The notes under the pieces were generated by a model. That model had not been told where the DNA came from. It saw only the letters and a list, made by a program, of their open reading frames with translations, and did not search any database. Shown piece after piece: positions 9,882 to 20,207 of a DNA stretch of 64,000 nt (position 1 is its first letter; every line of letters begins with the position of its first letter). The stretch comes from an uncultured Poribacteria bacterium (lineage in GTDB: Bacteria; Poribacteria; WGA-4E; WGA-3G), in contig OX638316.1 in assembly GCA_951812525.1 (NCBI GenBank), forward strand, positions 1,064,506 to 1,128,505. The letters are read 5' to 3'. Both the position numbers and the translations under genes were made by a program.

Positions 9882-9918
9882 TATCTTTTCCCCAGTTGTT
9901 ATTTACAGAGAAAGGCAC

Positions 9919-10179
9919 TCACTCTGTCTCCGCATCATCAGCCTTGTAGCGAGTCCCCAAGAAACCACCGAGCAGATGCGCGATGAGTGTTGGGATCCAT
10001 AAGTAAACCATCGCTGTCTGCCACTCCCAATCGAGAACAAAACGCCGCACAACAATGTTAATCACGATCGGAATGTAGAGACATCTACTCCAAGGACGGC
10101 TTAATTTTTTAAAGCGGACCCGGAAGAACCCAAACGGGAAGTGAATCACAAAGGCAGCGATCGAAATGAGGAGGTTCAA
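9919..10179 (-). CDS. Small membrane protein
   Basis: 86 aa, 3 hydrophobic segments (HFPFGFFR...SRPW), in operon context. Confidence 0.6.
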   Translation of the reverse strand: MNLLISIAAFVIHFPFGFFRVRFKKLSRPWSRCLYIPIVINIVVRRFVLDWEWQTAMVYLWIPTLIAHLLGGFLGTRYKADDAETE

Positions 10180-10184
10180 ATCCT

Positions 10185-10832
10185 TTATTTTCCGAGCAGC
10201 GTGCTAAGATCGCGCCGTAGACGTAACATCGCCGGCTTACTCCGACTGTCATAGCGTCCATAGATACGTCCGTCTGACGCTACGAGAACAAACCGTGTGC
10301 TATGAAGAAGTTCGGTTCCGTTGTGTCCGGCGGCTAAACTAAAGCCGTCTTTCGCCAATTCGTAAATACTATCCTTTTCACCAGTGAGAAAGTGCCAACG
10401 TCTGTTATCAGCCCCGTATTCCGCCGCATAGCGGGAGAGTACCTCCGAGGTATCGCGTTCTGGATCCACGGAGAAGGAGACGAAATAGACTGGGTCAGCA
10501 ACGAACTCGGATTGGAGACGCGCCATCTCTTGTGTCATCGCTGGACAAATTGTTGGGCAATTGGTGAAGATAAAATCTGCGACCCAGACTTTACCCGCCA
10601 TATCCGATAATGCTAACAATTCTCCCTGCTGATCTGTCAGGCGAAAGTCGGGGACGCTGACAGATACCTCTTGTGCCGCTGTTACCTCCGGTTTAGTGTC
10701 AAACACCGACCATAAAGTGGCACCCGCAATACCAAGAATAATAACACCCAGCACCACCCATATCAGCGTGCTTTTGTCAAGTCGCCTCTCAACTTTACTG
10801 GTATTACTGGTTTGCGTTTTCATATCCAGCAC
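10185..10832 (-). CDS. sco: SCO1/SenC copper chaperone
   Basis: N-terminal TM helix, FIFTNCPTICP (CxxxC), SVDPERD, conserved His in HSTRF. Confidence 0.92.
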   Translation of the reverse strand: MLDMKTQTSNTSKVERRLDKSTLIWVVLGVIILGIAGATLWSVFDTKPEVTAAQEVSVSVPDFRLTDQQGELLALSDMAGKVWVADFIFTNCPTICPAMTQEMARLQSEFVADPVYFVSFSVDPERDTSEVLSRYAAEYGADNRRWHFLTGEKDSIYELAKDGFSLAAGHNGTELLHSTRFVLVASDGRIYGRYDSRSKPAMLRLRRDLSTLLGK

Positions 10833-10843
10833 CGAGCCGGTAG

Positions 10844-11179
10844 TTAGTGCGCCGATGTATCAGCGACTTCTGCCGGTTTCTCTATCCCTTCGTGCCGTGT
10901 ATCTGATGTAAGATCAGGCATCAACGCAAAGACGAGAAGAACACAGATAAGGAAAGGCGTTATCACAATAACCGCCAACGTTTTCCTTTCAAACTTTAGA
11001 TGCATAAAATAGTTAGCAACTAAAATCGCCTTAGAACATGCCAGCCCGATGAGTAGTATGCCCTTGAGTAGGGTAGCATAATCAGGGATTGCGACAGCAA
11101 CCTCAATAATAGTAAGAGCAAGGAGCCACCAAAAAATATTCATGTATTTCGGGTGCTCTTTGTGTCCGTCCTGTGCCAT
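10844..11179 (-). CDS. Cytochrome c oxidase subunit IV family protein
   Basis: 3 TM helices with a KAILVANYFMHLKFE motif. Confidence 0.85.
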   Translation of the reverse strand: MAQDGHKEHPKYMNIFWWLLALTIIEVAVAIPDYATLLKGILLIGLACSKAILVANYFMHLKFERKTLAVIVITPFLICVLLVFALMPDLTSDTRHEGIEKPAEVADTSAH

Positions 11180-11191
11180 TTTTATCTCCTT

Positions 11192-11842
11192 CTACAGTAG
11201 ATAGATGAAGGTGAAAACCATAATCCAAATAAGGTCGACGAAGTGCCAATAGAGACCAACGATTTCTACCTCATGGTTAAACTCAGCCGTATACCTACCA
11301 CGCAAGCCGTGTATCAAGATAACAATGAGATAAATGACACCCCCCGTTACGTGCATTCCGTGGAAACCCGTGATGGCGTAGAAAGTCGGACCAAATAGCG
11401 TTGAACCGCTAATCGCTGCACCCGACAGCCCGTGATCAGGGATACCGGTGAGTGTCAATCCGTGATTAATCAAATGTGTCCACTCATACGCTTGTAGCCC
11501 GAGAAAGATTACTCCCCCGGCGATTGTTAGTCCAAGGAACGTACACATGCGTGAAACATTGCCGTTCTGAATAGACTCCAGTGCTTTCACCATAGTGACA
11601 CTACTGCATATCAACAGGAATGTCATAAAAGCGGTTAGGTTAATGCCGAGGATCTCACTTGGCGGCACCCAACCGACTACACCCGCGCCTGCCCGGAGGG
11701 CTGCATAAGCTGCCAGCAAAGCCCCAAACGACATGGTATCCCCAACGAGGAAAATCCACATGCCAAGCTTGCCCATGCTGTCCGGCGTAAGCGAAGGTTC
11801 ATATACATCTTCAGTATGATCTAAAGTGGTAGCGTGTTCCAC
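11192..11842 (-). CDS. ctaE: Heme-copper oxidase subunit III (copy 2)
   Basis: KLGMWIFL, LLICSS, TGFHGMHV, GLYWHFVDLIW. Confidence 0.9.
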   Translation of the reverse strand: MEHATTLDHTEDVYEPSLTPDSMGKLGMWIFLVGDTMSFGALLAAYAALRAGAGVVGWVPPSEILGINLTAFMTFLLICSSVTMVKALESIQNGNVSRMCTFLGLTIAGGVIFLGLQAYEWTHLINHGLTLTGIPDHGLSGAAISGSTLFGPTFYAITGFHGMHVTGGVIYLIVILIHGLRGRYTAEFNHEVEIVGLYWHFVDLIWIMVFTFIYLL

Positions 11843-11880
11843 TATATTTAACTCCTTTATTAGTTATCAGTTGTGAATTG

Positions 11881-12150
11881 TCAGTTAAGACGATTTCTGA
11901 TACGTAGAAAACGCTCCTTTAACCGACTACCGATAACTGATAATCGATAACCGTTCCAATGTAAGAAAATCGTGCCACCGACGAGACCAAAAACCGTAAA
12001 TGGCATTGCCATCAGAAAAAGGATACTCCAATTAAAACCTTTACCGATAGGATCGTCAAGATCTTTGCAGCCAGGACAAGCCTCAAGATATATTGGTGCT
12101 ACGAGCATGACGAGTATCAAGACGGAAACCCATACGAAAAGTCTGTACAT
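11881..12150 (-). CDS. Small membrane protein with CxxC, oxidase-operon associated
   Basis: Signal-like helix, ACPGCKD, GFNWSILFLMAMPF TM. The C-terminal tail is derived from a repeat element. Confidence 0.7.
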   Translation of the reverse strand: MYRLFVWVSVLILVMLVAPIYLEACPGCKDLDDPIGKGFNWSILFLMAMPFTVFGLVGGTIFLHWNGYRLSVIGSRLKERFLRIRNRLN

Positions 12151-12172
12151 TTCAACGGTTCCTTTCCCGGTG

Positions 12173-12766
12173 TTACAAGAGATACACTAAAACATAAAGA
12201 ATTGGCCAGAGTGCGACAACATAAATCCAGTAGATTGTACAGGTATCAACGCCGACGTAACCGTCGGCAGAGAAACGACCTGCAATCGCCATGCCGAAGA
12301 CTATGAATAGCCATATAACAGCCGTCAGCACATGAACAGCATGGCATCCGATAAGCACATAAAAGATACCACCATACACACCTGATTGGAGCGTGAGTCC
12401 GTTGTGAATGAGTTGTACCCATTCACTTCCTTGTACACCGAGGAAGAGGAGCCCAAGCATCCCTGTGATCAATAGCCAACTGCGGAGCTGCTTCACATGG
12501 TCCTTCTGAATTGCACGGCGTGCTTGAAACATTGTGTAGCTGCTCAGTAGGAGCAACGCCGTATTGATGCCGGTTACCAAGCGCGGCAGCTCAAGCCCGA
12601 TATGTGACGGTGGGGGCCATGTGACATTTCCGACCCGAAATACGAGAAACGTTCCGATGAGACCTGAGAACAGCATCGTTTCTGCACCGAGCAGGATTAA
12701 TACACCTAATCGTGCGTTGCTCAAAGGTGGACGTTCATGTATTCCAGCGTTATTACGTGCCATCAT
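12173..12766 (-). CDS. Heme-copper oxidase subunit III (copy 1)
   Basis: AETMLF, NTALLLLSS, GCHAVHV, YWIYV. Confidence 0.85.
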   Translation of the reverse strand: MMARNNAGIHERPPLSNARLGVLILLGAETMLFSGLIGTFLVFRVGNVTWPPPSHIGLELPRLVTGINTALLLLSSYTMFQARRAIQKDHVKQLRSWLLITGMLGLLFLGVQGSEWVQLIHNGLTLQSGVYGGIFYVLIGCHAVHVLTAVIWLFIVFGMAIAGRFSADGYVGVDTCTIYWIYVVALWPILYVLVYLL

Positions 12767-12798
12767 TGTTCATTCTCGTAATCAAGATGCTTCTTATT

Positions 12799-13062
12799 TC
12801 AAGTATTTCGGACAACCCGAAGAACGATCTCAACTACCGCCGCGATAATCAGTAGCAGCCCGATGATTCCCAAAACCGGTGTGCTAATACCCGCGAGAAC
12901 TTTTTCAACGAGCGGATGCGCCTTGCTGCCTGTAATAATTGCCGTTGTTGCGATGATAAACAGCCCTACAAACAGCAGACATAAGATAATACCGAGGCGA
13001 CGATTTCGCTTGCGATGCTCAGGTGCGTTCATACCTGTTCCAAAAGATACAGTAGAAGCCAC
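12799..13062 (-). CDS. Small two-TM membrane protein
   Basis: Basic stretch RKRNRR followed by two hydrophobic helices; operon context. Confidence 0.6.
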   Translation of the reverse strand: MASTVSFGTGMNAPEHRKRNRRLGIILCLLFVGLFIIATTAIITGSKAHPLVEKVLAGISTPVLGIIGLLLIIAAVVEIVLRVVRNT

Positions 13063-13088
13063 TTTGCCCCTACTTTAATTATAAAAAC

Positions 13089-14012
13089 CTAAATCTTGTC
13101 CAACGCCATCGTGATAAATACCACTGGCAGATAAAGCAACGATGCGTATAACAGATAGCGTGCGGCTTTCACTGAACGTGTGCGCGCCAAGTAGATACCA
13201 GCTGCCAAGAATGCCACACCCGCTATCAGTGCTGTAAAGAAATAGATGCTACCCGCAATGTTGCACAACGTCGGTAACAAACCTATTCCGAGGAGTGCGA
13301 CGCAATTAACCACAATTTGACGGCATGTACTCGCCCCATCTGGATGAATGACCGGCAACAAACGGAATCCCGCTTTTGCATAGTCCTCACGATAAATGTA
13401 GGCGATTGCGAGAGAGTGCGGAAGCTGCCATAAAAAGAGTATCGCAAATAGCACCCACGCCTCGCCAGTCAGTGAACCTCGTGCTGCAACCCATCCGACG
13501 ACCGGAGGGAGTGCTCCTGGCACTGCACCGATAAGCGTACACAAGGAAGTCTTCTGCTTGAGTGGCGTATAGAGAAGCAGGTAACTGACGACTATCAGCG
13601 AGATAACGAAACCACTCAACACATTGACGACAAACGTCAGATAGAGCATTCCACTACCTGTGAGGGCAGCACCAACAAAGAGTGCCACCAATGGACTCAT
13701 CCTGCCATCAGGAAGCGGTCTCCCTTGCGTCCGTTTCATCTGTGCATCCGCATCGCGTTCGAGGTATTGGTTAAGCCCTAATACACCCGCCGCTGTCAAT
13801 CCTGCGCCGATAAGGGTATGCAGGCATAGAAGCCAATTCATGGTCCGCGCGCCGAGATAGAAACCGGCAGCGGTCGTAATGAGTATCATTACTACCAATC
13901 GCGGTTTGACGAGTTCGATCAGGTCAGCCACGCGAAGCGCAAAAGCCGTTTGTTTCGACGGTGAATTTGGTGTGTCCCCATTATCTGGTAATGTCGTTGT
14001 TGTTGAACGCAT
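13089..14012 (-). CDS. ctaB: Protoheme IX farnesyltransferase (heme O synthase)
   Basis: ELVKPR, NQYLERDADAQMKRTQGRPLP, YTPLK, GALPPVVGW, WQLPH, DYAKAG. Confidence 0.95.
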   Translation of the reverse strand: MRSTTTTLPDNGDTPNSPSKQTAFALRVADLIELVKPRLVVMILITTAAGFYLGARTMNWLLCLHTLIGAGLTAAGVLGLNQYLERDADAQMKRTQGRPLPDGRMSPLVALFVGAALTGSGMLYLTFVVNVLSGFVISLIVVSYLLLYTPLKQKTSLCTLIGAVPGALPPVVGWVAARGSLTGEAWVLFAILFLWQLPHSLAIAYIYREDYAKAGFRLLPVIHPDGASTCRQIVVNCVALLGIGLLPTLCNIAGSIYFFTALIAGVAFLAAGIYLARTRSVKAARYLLYASLLYLPVVFITMALDKI

Positions 14013-14030
14013 TATTCTTTACCTCATACC

Positions 14031-14966
14031 TCATTCTGTAACTAACGCACCACTAGTAGGCGTATCAGCGGGAACCGAGGCATCGGTGAATCTGTAAATT
14101 TTCAGTGTTAACACGAAACTACTAACTAACATAAGCGCACCGACCGCGACGTGTGCGGTTGTAATTGTTACCGTGAGTGCGGCTGCGAACGTTTCCCCAA
14201 GAGCGGTTAGTTTCGCGAAAAACGCGCCTGTACCGAGTATCAACTGCACAGCAAGGAGTCCCAGCAACAAAAGTGCCCCGGACGGAGCGATTCGCTGTGT
14301 GGCATCACTTGCCCCAAGGATACGTCTCGCCAGTAAGAAAATGTGCAGTGCGACCAAAAAAGCAAAAAGAAGATGCGCATCAAGCCTGCTACCAGTATGC
14401 CGCAAAACCGCTCCGAAGATAAGCTGCACATAAATCAGCCCTGTTGTAATCAGGCTTAACCGCCGCAGCTTTTGCGATTCGGCGACCATGGATTCATTCT
14501 TTTCCTCCCACCAATCGCGAGAGGAGAACCAAGCGATCCCACAGAGGAGTGCGAAAAACGCTTGTGCGAGACATGCGTGTACTATCGCAAAGTTGCGATT
14601 AACCTGCGTGACCCGAAGTCCACCGAGAACACCTTGTACAATGACAGCGATGAGTGCAGCGAGCCCGAGCCATTTTAGCCACTTGCGGGAATCTTTCGCC
14701 AATATGAAGACGAAAAGTCCGACTGTCAAGAGCCCAACGAGGGAACCCATGAGCCGATGACTATGCTCATATAGGATACCACCGACCATTTCGGACAGTG
14801 GATAGAGAAACATGTTATATCCGAAAGTTGTTGGCCAATCAGGGACAGCCAATCCAGAGTCAGTGCCTGTAACGATTCCGCCGATGACAATCAACAAGAA
14901 AGTCGCGCCTGCAGTGAGGCGTGCCAGTCTGTGTAACCACGGGCTATACTTGGTGTCGTTCTGCAT
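14031..14966 (-). CDS. ctaA: Heme A synthase (COX15/CtaA)
   Basis: GGIVTGTDSGLAVPDWP, EHSHR, QGVLGG, and conserved His residues in the later helices. Confidence 0.9.
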   Translation of the reverse strand: MQNDTKYSPWLHRLARLTAGATFLLIVIGGIVTGTDSGLAVPDWPTTFGYNMFLYPLSEMVGGILYEHSHRLMGSLVGLLTVGLFVFILAKDSRKWLKWLGLAALIAVIVQGVLGGLRVTQVNRNFAIVHACLAQAFFALLCGIAWFSSRDWWEEKNESMVAESQKLRRLSLITTGLIYVQLIFGAVLRHTGSRLDAHLLFAFLVALHIFLLARRILGASDATQRIAPSGALLLLGLLAVQLILGTGAFFAKLTALGETFAAALTVTITTAHVAVGALMLVSSFVLTLKIYRFTDASVPADTPTSGALVTE

Positions 14967-14990
14967 GCTGCATTTCCACAGGTGTTTAGA

Positions 14991-15015
14991 AAGGCGCGGC
15001 TGAAACCGCGCCTAC
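14991..15015. repeat. GTAG-type REP-like palindrome
   Basis: AAGGCGCGGCTGAAACCGCGCCTAC. Confidence 0.6.
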
Positions 15016-15020
15016 GGTCG

Positions 15021-16844
15021 TTAGTCGCCGCTTGTCGCCGGTGCATGTTCAGGTTGTGCCTGCGGAACCCAATCCTCCTCTTCGCCAGGGACACTATATT
15101 CATACGGACCCCGGTAGACGGTCGGAATTTGACCGAAGTTGCCGTGCGGTACCGGTGTAGGTGCTTCCCACTCCAGCGTATTTACCTGCCACGGATTCTG
15201 TTCGGCGACTTTTCCACGGTACATGCTCCAGAAGAAGTTAAAGACGAGTATCAGTTGTGCAAAACCGAGTGTGAACGCACTCATCGTGATAAAGATGTTC
15301 ATGCCTTCAAACCCCTGTAGGAACTCGTACTGCATCGGGTTGGAGATGCGTCGCATGTGTCCACCTACACCGAGAATATGCATCGGGAAGAAGGTGCAAT
15401 TGAACGCAATAAAAGTCAACCAGAAATGAATCTTGGACAGCGTATCGTTCATGTAGCGTCCATACATTTTCGGAAACCAGAAGACGATACCACCGAAAAT
15501 AGCGAACAGACTTCCACCGAACACAACATAGTGAATATGCGCCACAATGTAGTAGGTATCGTGGATGAAGATGTCAACCGGCGTGTTAGCCATGTAAATG
15601 CCGCTCAACCCACCAATCACGAACATCGAAACAAAAGCGATACCGTGGAGCATTGGAGTTGTGAATCGGATTGAACCGCGAAACATTGTGCCGAGCCAGT
15701 TAAATGTTTTGATGGCTGATGGCACTGCGATGAGCATCGTTGTTGTCATAAACACAGAACCGAGTCCTGGTCGCATGCCGCTCTGGAACATGTGGTGTCC
15801 CCAGACAATCCATCCCAAAAACGCGATGGCAATCATTGCGTAGACCATGGAACGATATCCGAAGATCGGTTTCCGTGAAAAGACAGCAATCAACTCAGAA
15901 GCGATACCCATGCCGGGCAAAATAAGGATATAGACCTCTGGGTGTCCGAAGAACCAGAAGAGGTGCTGCCACAAGAGCGGGTCGCCGCCGCCTTCCGCTG
16001 TTGCTGAAAAAAACGTCGTTCCGGCAAGCCTATCAAAGATGAGCAGGGCAAGTGCAGATGTCAGTACAGGGAAAGCAAGCAACAGGAGAATAGCGACGAT
16101 GAAAAGCGACCAGATAACCAAAGGTAACCGGAAGAACGTCATCCCGGGTGCTCGCATATTGATAACCGTCGTGATATAGTTAATAGATCCGACGAGTGAG
16201 GAAAATCCTTGAATAAGGAGACTAATTGCCCAGAGATTTTGTCCCCAATCCACTCCTGTCCATTGTGGATCAGAAGAGAGGGGGGCATAACCCGTCCATC
16301 CGGCTGCTGCGTGTCCGCCGGGCACAAAGAACCCGATTGCCATGACAATCGCTGCAAGGACTGCGAGCCAAAAAGAGAGCATGTTGAGGATAGGGAACGC
16401 CATATCCCGTGTGCCAATCATCAAGGGAATCAGGAAATTTCCGAAGGTACCTACTAAGATTGGTACAATGACGAAAAATACCATAATAGTGGCATGCATC
16501 GTAAACAGCATGTTGTAAAATGCAGGTTCGATGACACCGTTGGGCATATTGACTTCAAGCCATTCCTCTTTTTCGGATTCATAGATGCGCTCCCACATCC
16601 TATCAGCACCTGTGGCGACCTCGCCTTCATCCATATATTGTTGTGAAGCACCAATGATAGGCAAAGGTCTTTCGGGATAAGCAAGTTGCCATCTAAAGAG
16701 GAGCGCGAGTCCGCCGCCGACGAAGAACATGATCAGCCCATAGATAAGGAACTGCTTGCCGATCGTCTTGTGGTCAAGCGAAAAGATATATTTGCTAATA
16801 AAACTTTCTTCGTGATGATGTGACGTATGTTCGTTATCGTGCAT
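15021..16844 (-). CDS. ctaD: Cytochrome c oxidase subunit I, type A1
   Basis: TMHA, RDMAFP (D-channel), WFFGHPEVY (A1 signature), VWGHHMF, AVPSAIK (K-channel), VAHIHY. AAGGAGG SD before 16844. Confidence 0.97.
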   Translation of the reverse strand: MHDNEHTSHHHEESFISKYIFSLDHKTIGKQFLIYGLIMFFVGGGLALLFRWQLAYPERPLPIIGASQQYMDEGEVATGADRMWERIYESEKEEWLEVNMPNGVIEPAFYNMLFTMHATIMVFFVIVPILVGTFGNFLIPLMIGTRDMAFPILNMLSFWLAVLAAIVMAIGFFVPGGHAAAGWTGYAPLSSDPQWTGVDWGQNLWAISLLIQGFSSLVGSINYITTVINMRAPGMTFFRLPLVIWSLFIVAILLLLAFPVLTSALALLIFDRLAGTTFFSATAEGGGDPLLWQHLFWFFGHPEVYILILPGMGIASELIAVFSRKPIFGYRSMVYAMIAIAFLGWIVWGHHMFQSGMRPGLGSVFMTTTMLIAVPSAIKTFNWLGTMFRGSIRFTTPMLHGIAFVSMFVIGGLSGIYMANTPVDIFIHDTYYIVAHIHYVVFGGSLFAIFGGIVFWFPKMYGRYMNDTLSKIHFWLTFIAFNCTFFPMHILGVGGHMRRISNPMQYEFLQGFEGMNIFITMSAFTLGFAQLILVFNFFWSMYRGKVAEQNPWQVNTLEWEAPTPVPHGNFGQIPTVYRGPYEYSVPGEEEDWVPQAQPEHAPATSGD

Positions 16845-16864
16845 ATTTATTGTCCTCCTTGAGC

Positions 16865-17530
16865 CTATTGAGGCCATCTTTCTTGCAGCCAGGCATCGTA
16901 GTCCGCTTGCGTATGCACATTGAGGTATCCAAGCATTCCAGAGTGTCCGAATCCACAGAGTTCAGCACACGGTATTTCATACCGTCCTGCCTTTGTCGCC
17001 TCAAACCAGACGTTGATGGATCTACCGGGCAATGCGTCCTGTTTGAGCCTTAATTGCGGCACAAAAAAACTGTGAATGACATCGGTAGCGGTTAACCGGA
17101 TATGCACGACGGCGTTGACCGGTACATGGAGTTCATTTTCCAATGTTAGGTCGTCGTCTGTCCCGAGTTCGTTATCGGGTCCAGGATAGATCATATCCCA
17201 GTTAAATTGTTTTCCGCTGACCTGAACAACAACGTCTGGATTATCAGGGAACTCTGTAGGAGATTTAATGTTATTCCACTGTGGGTAACTGAACATCGCG
17301 AGTCCAAAGACAATCACGGTGGTAGCGGCAGTCCAGACAATTTCAAGGGTCGTGCTTCCCTCAATGTAGTGTGCCCTCTGACCTTCCTGATGGCGATACT
17401 TAAACAGGAAAACGATAAGGGTCCCCATCACAAGGATGAACACAACGAGCGTAATATAATAAATAGCGTAAAAGAGGTTATCAACGCCTTGCCCGAACGT
17501 TGATACGTTCTCAGGGAGCCATTGAAGCAT
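16865..17530 (-). CDS. ctaC: Cytochrome c oxidase subunit II (CuA)
   Basis: LEIVWT, DVIHSF, CAELCGFGHSGM CuA motif. GGAGG SD. Confidence 0.95.
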   Translation of the reverse strand: MLQWLPENVSTFGQGVDNLFYAIYYITLVVFILVMGTLIVFLFKYRHQEGQRAHYIEGSTTLEIVWTAATTVIVFGLAMFSYPQWNNIKSPTEFPDNPDVVVQVSGKQFNWDMIYPGPDNELGTDDDLTLENELHVPVNAVVHIRLTATDVIHSFFVPQLRLKQDALPGRSINVWFEATKAGRYEIPCAELCGFGHSGMLGYLNVHTQADYDAWLQERWPQ

Positions 17531-17601
17531 CAAGTCCTCCTTAGAAGCGCATCTCACTTATTGATAAAGCGAAAGCGCCTAATATTTTGTTCTTAACAAG
17601 T

Positions 17602-18387
17602 CTAATTCGTTTGTGCAGACGCGGTGAGCGTTGCTCCCACGTAGGTCAATACACAAAACAGACCGGTAATCAGCATAGAGAGTGCCCATGGTGGTCCCTC
17701 CCCAAATGCTTTTACGGTGGTGTCAAGGTAGAGGCTGTGGCGAAAAGCTGCGAGCCCATACGTTAAGGGATTGAATTTCATTGTCCATGCTAACCAACCG
17801 GGGGCACCAGTACTCGGAAAAAACGCACCAGAAAGGAGCCAAATCGGAATTAGCAGGAGATTCATAATTGCATGAAACCCTTGCGTCGATTCCATCCGCC
17901 ACGCGATGAGCAGTCCGAGGTTTGTCAAGCCAAACGCCAAAAGTGTCATCACACTGAGCGTGAAAAGGAGCGATGCTACGCCGAACTGAATGCCAGCCAT
18001 GGGTGCGAGTATTAGAAGCAGCACACCCTGTAAGAGTGCTAACGTCGTCCCACCTAATGCTTGCGCGAATACAATCCGCCACCTTGGTACAGGAGCGACG
18101 AGTACACCTTGCAAGAAGCCTTCGCGTCGATCATTCACGACAGAGATTGTAGCGAAAATGGATGTAAAAAGCAAGACTAAAACGACGATACCGGGATAAA
18201 AGTATTCAATGTAACTCTGTCCATTCACCGACCCTACGGGCCGAAAAGAGGCATTTAAACCGCTGCCGATGAGAATCCAAAAAACCAAAGGTTGCGCAAT
18301 AGCACTGAAGAGCCGACTCCGTTGTCGATAAAATCTGATAATTTCACGCCACCATATCGTTGTAATCGGTAGCAGAATTTTCTGCAC
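17602..18387 (-). CDS. ABC-2 type transporter permease
   Basis: Six TM helices; DRREGFLQGVLVAP, LSGAFFP, NPLTYG. Confidence 0.9.
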   Translation of the reverse strand: MQKILLPITTIWWREIIRFYRQRSRLFSAIAQPLVFWILIGSGLNASFRPVGSVNGQSYIEYFYPGIVVLVLLFTSIFATISVVNDRREGFLQGVLVAPVPRWRIVFAQALGGTTLALLQGVLLLILAPMAGIQFGVASLLFTLSVMTLLAFGLTNLGLLIAWRMESTQGFHAIMNLLLIPIWLLSGAFFPSTGAPGWLAWTMKFNPLTYGLAAFRHSLYLDTTVKAFGEGPPWALSMLITGLFCVLTYVGATLTASAQTN

Positions 18388-18420
18388 GAGATTCTTCCTT
18401 TAATGGCTATCGGCTGCCAA

Positions 18421-19341
18421 CTATCTTACGAATGGATTTCCCGTCAATTTTATAAACACATCCTCCAATGTAGGTCTTCCGAATCGAACTGTCTGAATCT
18501 GATTTGGAAATGCGGCGACAACATCTCGAACGAATTCGTGCCCCCGTTCACATTCAACCCGGAGCTGACCATCAGTCAACACCGGTGAAACACCGAACTT
18601 CTCGGCAATTGCGGTGGAGAGCGTTTCCTTAGATTTACCTTCTATGAGCACAACATCACCACCGACTTGCGCTTTGAGTTCATCAGGTGCTCCGAGTGCG
18701 ACTAAACTACCATTATCCAAGATACCGACCCGATTGCAAGCCTCGGCATCATCCAGCAGGTGCGTCGTAAGCAGCACAAGGATGTTTTCTGTATCTGCGA
18801 GCACACGGAGATAATCGTTGAGTTGCCTGCGCGCGGTTACATCCAATCCACTGGTCGGTTCATCAAGAAGCAAAACACGGGGTGAATGGAGTATGGCTTT
18901 TGCGATTTCAACTCGCCTTTGCAAACCACCGGATAGGACTTCAACGCGATCTGATGCTCTGTCTGAGACACCAACATATTCAAGGAGTTCTGAGATTCGA
19001 CGGTGCAAGGTCTTGCCGGAGAGCCCATAGAGATGTCCGTGATGCCGTAAATTCTCGGTAACAGTAAGCTTGACATCCAGCCCCGGATGCTGAAAAACAA
19101 CACCCAAGAGGTTACGAATTGCCTTCACCTCGCTGGTCAAGTCATATCCAAGGATACGAACGGTGCCGGACGTTACTGGAATTAGCGTGGAGAGGATCCT
19201 AAAAAGGGTTGTTTTCCCACTCCCGTTCGGTCCGAGGAGTCCAAAAATCTCGCCGCACGACACGCTAAAACTGACGCCATTAAGTGCGCGTCGGGTCTGA
19301 TAACTATGCGAAAGATTTTCTACCTCAAGTTTGTTTTCCAC
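18421..19341 (-). CDS. ABC transporter ATP-binding protein (DrrA/NodI-like)
   Basis: GPNGSGKTT, LSGG, LLLDEPT, PTLEDVF. Confidence 0.93.
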   Translation of the reverse strand: MENKLEVENLSHSYQTRRALNGVSFSVSCGEIFGLLGPNGSGKTTLFRILSTLIPVTSGTVRILGYDLTSEVKAIRNLLGVVFQHPGLDVKLTVTENLRHHGHLYGLSGKTLHRRISELLEYVGVSDRASDRVEVLSGGLQRRVEIAKAILHSPRVLLLDEPTSGLDVTARRQLNDYLRVLADTENILVLLTTHLLDDAEACNRVGILDNGSLVALGAPDELKAQVGGDVVLIEGKSKETLSTAIAEKFGVSPVLTDGQLRVECERGHEFVRDVVAAFPNQIQTVRFGRPTLEDVFIKLTGNPFVR

Positions 19342-19407
19342 ATCCGAAGTTGGCGCGCCTTTTAAGCGCGCCTAAGCATAATCCACAATAGCCTGATGTG
19401 TGCAAGT

Positions 19408-20184
19408 TTATTTAAGTTTCAGCGCGAAATCTTGCGTCACTGTGCCACCAGCCTCTACTGTAACGGAGGCGGGGGATGCGCTATTGCTGCCACAGGCTTC
19501 ATGCCAATAACCGAGTTTATAGGTGCCCGCGGGAACATCTTCAAGCGTGAACTCACCCTTTTCGTTCGTCACGGCGAAATACGGATGCGGTACATAGGCA
19601 ATCCAAGCGGACATCCAACCGTGAATGTCGCATTTCACGGACACGGGACCTTCAGCTTTCTTTACACCAGCAAGCGGCATTTTCCGACGGTTCTTTGTCT
19701 GCTGTTTGTTAACCGGCTTGTTGACGCTGCTGAAAATATGGACATTGTGATTAACCTTATCGGTATTGAGCATTGTCAGTCGAGCACCGACTGGAACAAT
19801 CTGGACATGCGGACTGAATTGGCAGCCCTTCTGGTCCATTTCCAGTTTTGTAGCTTTGTCAAAATCTTTGCCTTGCGAAATATCGATAAGATAGACAATT
19901 GTATTTTTTAGAACGTTGCCTTCACCGACGACGACAGATTCATCATATTTCTCGGCAGCACCACAAACCGCTTGGTCCTTGGTGATTTCGAGCATTTTCA
20001 TTTCAGGCACGTCCCCTTCAAACTTCACTACACCGCTAATTGTGCCGCCATTGCTAACGCCTCCAGCAGAATAGGATTCAGGAAACACCAAACTTTCTGT
20101 TTCCGCACTGTCAGCTGCAAAGGCACCACCAACATAGCAACATGCTAAAAGCAGGGCGAGCCCTGCAAACAGATAGATTTTCAT
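19408..20184 (-). CDS. Secreted carboxypeptidase-regulatory-like/cupredoxin-like protein (paralog 2)
   Basis: Signal peptide; DQKGCQFSPHV, HNVH, CDIHGWM, YWHE. Confidence 0.8.
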   Translation of the reverse strand: MKIYLFAGLALLLACCYVGGAFAADSAETESLVFPESYSAGGVSNGGTISGVVKFEGDVPEMKMLEITKDQAVCGAAEKYDESVVVGEGNVLKNTIVYLIDISQGKDFDKATKLEMDQKGCQFSPHVQIVPVGARLTMLNTDKVNHNVHIFSSVNKPVNKQQTKNRRKMPLAGVKKAEGPVSVKCDIHGWMSAWIAYVPHPYFAVTNEKGEFTLEDVPAGTYKLGYWHEACGSNSASPASVTVEAGGTVTQDFALKLK

Positions 20185-20207
20185 TTTTACTCCTTTTTTA
20201 ATAGTAT

